A DNA stretch of 64,000 nucleotides from an uncultured Verrucomicrobiae bacterium. GTDB lineage: Bacteria > Verrucomicrobiota > Verrucomicrobiia > Chthoniobacterales > UBA10450. Positions 60,792 through 64,000 of this stretch are shown here, piece after piece. The notes below the pieces were generated by a model that was not told where the DNA came from, ran no database searches, and saw only the letters and a list, made by a program, of their open reading frames with translations. The position numbers and the translations under genes are program-made. The stretch is from NCBI GenBank assembly GCA_963772365.1, contig CAVYXA010000001.1, positions 1,024,001 to 1,088,000 of the forward strand, written 5' to 3'. Every line of letters begins with the position of its first letter. Within the stretch, counting starts at the first letter, position 1.

Positions 60792-61861
60792 GGTTTCTTG
60801 GGGGCAGTGTGATTCTTTTGTTCGACGAGATCCCAATTGACTTCGGGATGCTGCTCTTTTAACAGCCGATGATTTTCCTGGTCAATCATTTCTTTTGCTG
60901 AAAGCGATTTCACTGGACCGCCTACGGGGACGAACTCCCAGGGCGCAAGCTCAACGATCGTGTCCGCCAAATACGTTTTGTAAATGCGGTTCTGCGGCCA
61001 CAGGCGTGCGGCTTCGGCGTAAGCAACGATTGCCTCCGGCAAACGCTTGTGGAATCTGAGCGCGCCTGCCCGCGTTTCCATAAAGATTGCGAGTGCCTGC
61101 TCCGGCCTAAGCGTGCGCAGAGAAATGCCGGATTTAATTTCTTCCCCGGGGATCTTGCGCCAGGCTTTGTACTCTTCATCCGTCTTGAAAACGACACCTT
61201 GGCTCGTTGCTTCCAGATCCCGGAACACGTCCTCGCCTGGCCGTTGCCAGCGAACGAAAAGATGATCATGGGCGCTGACGAGGCCGACTGGATAGCCGAG
61301 CCGTCGGCCGATGGCGACATACAGCACCGGCATCGAAGCGCACGTTCCCACGCGTTTGTCGCTCAACAAACCCGTGAGAAACACATTTGATGGATCGGAA
61401 AGAAATGCCGAGTCAGGTAAGTTCTCGGAATCAGTCAAAGCGGGATTGTACTGAACGCCCAAATCTTGTTCGAGAACAGTCACAATCATTCCCATGGAGT
61501 AGTAGATCTCCGAGTTCTCGTACTGCTCGGGATGTTCTTTGAAACGATGTCGATTCCGTCTCGTTTCCAAATCAACCCGATTGGTCCAGTAATCGATAAT
61601 CTTCAGCGACTTTTGGACATCGACGTTTTCTGAGCCAGGCAGACCTTTCGCGCACAACAGATTCATCTCGGCGATGTCGATGTCTTCGAGTTCGGCCGGA
61701 CTCATTTCGAGAAGGCGACCCAACGTTAGACCGGTGTGCACTGGCGAGATTTGCTGACTGGAAGCTTGTGATCTCCCGCTCGTTTGATAGCGCGCGATCG
61801 GATAGGCCACGGCGCCTCCGATTATGAATGCCATCGCCAAGCCGAGGAAGTAGCGAGTCAT
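60788..61861 (-). CDS. Membrane-anchored transglutaminase-like (SirB1-like) protein with TPR-like C-terminus
   Basis: N-terminal TM (MTRYFLGLAMAFIIGGAVAY); FLTGLLSDKRVGTCASMPVLYVAIGRRLGYPV..V.AHDHLFVRW...DLEAT; helical repeat EAIVAYAEAARLWP. Confidence 0.75.
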   Translation of the reverse strand: MTRYFLGLAMAFIIGGAVAYPIARYQTSGRSQASSQQISPVHTGLTLGRLLEMSPAELEDIDIAEMNLLCAKGLPGSENVDVQKSLKIIDYWTNRVDLETRRNRHRFKEHPEQYENSEIYYSMGMIVTVLEQDLGVQYNPALTDSENLPDSAFLSDPSNVFLTGLLSDKRVGTCASMPVLYVAIGRRLGYPVGLVSAHDHLFVRWQRPGEDVFRDLEATSQGVVFKTDEEYKAWRKIPGEEIKSGISLRTLRPEQALAIFMETRAGALRFHKRLPEAIVAYAEAARLWPQNRIYKTYLADTIVELAPWEFVPVGGPVKSLSAKEMIDQENHRLLKEQHPEVNWDLVEQKNHTAPKKP

Positions 61862-62256
61862 CGACGACTTTCTTGAGGGTGCCGACTGTTCCCTGCGCGC
61901 TGCACGACGGACGATTTGCTCTTCCCTTCTTCGCTGATGGCGTGCACGACTCACAAGGATTTGATACTTCGAGGTGGCGGTTGAAACAAGCGGGATTGCT
62001 CGCATCGCCTTTGTCGCCGCCACTCATGACGGCTGGTTGCGAGCCGATTGTCGTCAGTCCTCAAGTACGAGGAGTCGCACGCTCGCCCGTGCGTGAATCG
62101 CTCCACTATTTTATGGCTCGGTGCGCGCCGTAAAGGTATTGCTCGCTCCGCTGCGCTCCACCTTGACTGTGCTCCCTCCGCCGGGAAGAAGTCGCGTATG
62201 GATTCACGCAGAGAATTTGTCGTCGCCAGTTACTTCAAACAATTCGCCATGCAGTT

Positions 62257-62397
62257 CGTGACAAGACGTGACAAATTTTGCCGAAATTCGTGCCTATTAG
62301 TGACCGAATGGATTTTGCAGCTGCGGGAGGAGATTTTATATAAGTTAATAATAATCAGTGATATGGGTAACAATGATCGGTCACAAAAATTTGTCAC
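62257..62397. promoter_or_regulatory. Putative integrase arm-type sites at the right end
   Basis: cgtgacaagacgtgacaaat (62257-62276) and inverted pair gtcacaaaaatttgtcac (62380-62397). Confidence 0.55.
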
Positions 62398-62400
62398 TCG

Positions 62401-62426
62401 ACGGGTTCGAATCCCGTTAGGGTCGC
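62401..62426 (+). repeat. att core, right copy (tRNA-Glu 3' fragment)
   Basis: Identical to 52054-52079. Confidence 0.92.
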
Positions 62427-62499
62427 TTTGCTTTCGAGCGCGAGCGTGTCAAAAAAAGCCCATTTGAGGTCTGGCGGTCTGCTGGATAAACTCAGGAAT

Positions 62500-63114
62500 A
62501 TGCAGGGGCAGCCTTATGTTTCGACGAAGGACGAAAGCGTCCGAATGTTCAAGAGCGATTTCATGGAGTTTTTCTCGCATGTGCATCCGGTCACGCCGTT
62601 CCTGATCTATTTGCCGCTCGTCGGTTATTTGCTTTTCGTTGCCTTTGCGAAAATCGGATTGTCGCTGGTTGTGATCGGAGCGTTGTTCTTAGGCGGCATC
62701 GCGATTTGGACCCTGTTTGAATATGTGATGCATCGATTTGCCTTTCATTACGAACCAAAGAGCCGGTGGGGCAAACAGCTTCATTTTCTGATGCATGGCG
62801 TGCATCACGATTATCCGAACGATTCCCGGCGCCTCGTCATGCCGCCCGTAGTCAGCATTCCGATTGCGCTGATTATGTATTTGGTTTTTGCGGCAATTTT
62901 CGGCCGGTTTACCCCTGCGCTGTTTGGCGGATTTCTGTTCGGATATCTTTGCTACGATTGCATCCATTACGCGACGCATCATTTCGCGGTGAAGAACCGC
63001 GCCTTACTCTGGCTCAGGCAGTACCATCTGCGACATCACTTTAAGGACGATACCGTCCAATACGGCGTGAGCTCGCCACTGTGGGATTACATTTTCGGGA
63101 CGGGAAGAAAATAG
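62500..63114 (+). CDS. Fatty acid hydroxylase (FA2H/Scs7-like, sterol desaturase family)
   Basis: EYVMHRFAFH, HGVHHDYP...RLVMPP, HYATHH, HLRHH, YGVSSPLWD histidine boxes. Confidence 0.9.
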   Translation: MQGQPYVSTKDESVRMFKSDFMEFFSHVHPVTPFLIYLPLVGYLLFVAFAKIGLSLVVIGALFLGGIAIWTLFEYVMHRFAFHYEPKSRWGKQLHFLMHGVHHDYPNDSRRLVMPPVVSIPIALIMYLVFAAIFGRFTPALFGGFLFGYLCYDCIHYATHHFAVKNRALLWLRQYHLRHHFKDDTVQYGVSSPLWDYIFGTGRK

Positions 63115-63205
63115 GGGCGCTAAATTCCGCTTGCTCGCGCGCGGGGCTTTTCTAAAATAGCTGCCCCGACATGGAAACCGGCGTTCCGGCGCCCGGCCAT
63201 AAGGA

Positions 63206-64000
63206 ATGAAGGACGATCCCGCAAAACTTAGCCTGAGCAATTTTCTCGCTGGAGAAACCAGCGATCCTCTTCAAGCTCCTGCGAGGTTTACCAATTGGAT
63301 GCGGATGGCCACATGGGCAGTGGAACTCTATGAACCTGAAATGCTCGCGACAGCCGACGCGCGCACTACCATTGATTACAACGGCAAGCCGCGCTCAGTC
63401 ATTAATCTCTGTTCGTACAATTATCTCGGCCTGGCCAATCACCCTGAAGTAATCGAGGCTGCCCAACGGGCCCTCAAAACTTACGGCCTCGGCGCCTGCG
63501 GTTCGCCGATGCTCTCGGGAATGACAGACCTCCATCGCGAGCTCGAGCGAAAAATTGCCCAATTTCTCAACCGCGAAGACGCGATGCTTTTCAACAGCGG
63601 TTTCGGTGGAGCGCTCGGAACAATTTCCGGTTTGTTGCGGAAGACCGACGTTGCCATCCTCGATAATCGTTCGCACTTAAGCCTGCGCGATGGTGCACTG
63701 CTCTCGCGTTGTCGGGCTGATAAGTTCGAGCATAACGATCCGGTGTCGCTCGATAAAGCGCTCAGCCGAAAGCAAGGCCGCCGCCAGCTTGTGGTGATGG
63801 AAGGAATTTATTCGATGGACGGCGATTTCGGCAATTTGAAAGAGCTGATTGAGGTGGCGCAGTTACACAAGGCCAGTGTTTTTGTCGATGAAGCGCACTC
63901 GATGCTGGCCTGTGGCGAGAATGGTCGCGGCGCGGCGGAGAAGTTCGGCGTTGAGGAACATATCCCGCTAATCTACGGCACATTCTCGAAAGCGTTTGGC
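63206..64000 (+). CDS. Alpha-oxoamine synthase (serine palmitoyltransferase/BioF-like), runs off the window end
   Basis: Manual translation MKDDPAK...NLCSYNYLGLANHP...GACGSPMLSG...EGIYSMDGD...VDEAHS...GTFSKAFG. Confidence 0.85.
   Translation, partial: MKDDPAKLSLSNFLAGETSDPLQAPARFTNWMRMATWAVELYEPEMLATADARTTIDYNGKPRSVINLCSYNYLGLANHPEVIEAAQRALKTYGLGACGSPMLSGMTDLHRELERKIAQFLNREDAMLFNSGFGGALGTISGLLRKTDVAILDNRSHLSLRDGALLSRCRADKFEHNDPVSLDKALSRKQGRRQLVVMEGIYSMDGDFGNLKELIEVAQLHKASVFVDEAHSMLACGENGRGAAEKFGVEEHIPLIYGTFSKAFG

Larger units (their letters stand above)
52054..62426. mobile_element. ~10.3-kb integrative genomic island in tRNA-Glu
   Basis: Perfect 26-bp direct repeat of the tRNA 3' end at both ends; integrase immediately inside the left end. 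Confidence 0.92.

Noticed and set aside
57015..60860. Repeats between cassettes read as a CRISPR array or integron attC sites
   Set aside because: Repeats are 65-130 bp, coding-derived and separated by kb-scale genes. No cas genes, no GTTRRRY-bounded palindromes, and the integrase is not IntI-like.
52080..62400. Prophage
   Set aside because: No structural, terminase, lysis or replication genes recognisable.
62401..62426. Second tRNA gene
   Set aside because: Only the T-arm and 3' acceptor strand are present; it is the att duplication.

Overview
Chromosomal segment of a GC-rich bacterium, very probably a soil Verrucomicrobium of the Chthoniobacterales/Spartobacteria type. This rests on a 51-aa PVC-signature small basic protein, a PEP-CTERM protein and abundant palindromic REP-like repeats. 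About 52 kb is housekeeping: pxpABC, recO, sucAB-lpdA, HtrA, a Gld-like ABC operon, glnB-glnA, rluB-like, rmuC, a cobalamin riboswitch with a frameshifted BtuB-like receptor, hldD, aas-like, rsmA-NUDIX, tkt, dnaB, rplI, rsmD and waaA. A ~10.3-kb genomic island sits in tRNA-Glu(TTC), bounded by a 26-bp direct repeat at 52054-52079 and 62401-62426. It carries a tyrosine integrase, an excisionase-like HTH gene and an AbiEii-type TA pair. The most unusual content is an array of three 'shell-less' mini-RHS genes: a Sec-type signal peptide fused directly to the terminal RHS core motif (GYDPTIGRWLSRDP...DPxG), then a different C-terminal domain in each. Each is followed by small membrane-protein genes. 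The array is translationally coupled to a membrane-anchored transglutaminase-like/TPR gene, and fragments of that gene's 3' end recur in front of the second and third cassettes. A second theme is palindromic or mobile repeats lodged in frame inside protein-coding genes. All calls are by eye from motifs; no database searches were run.
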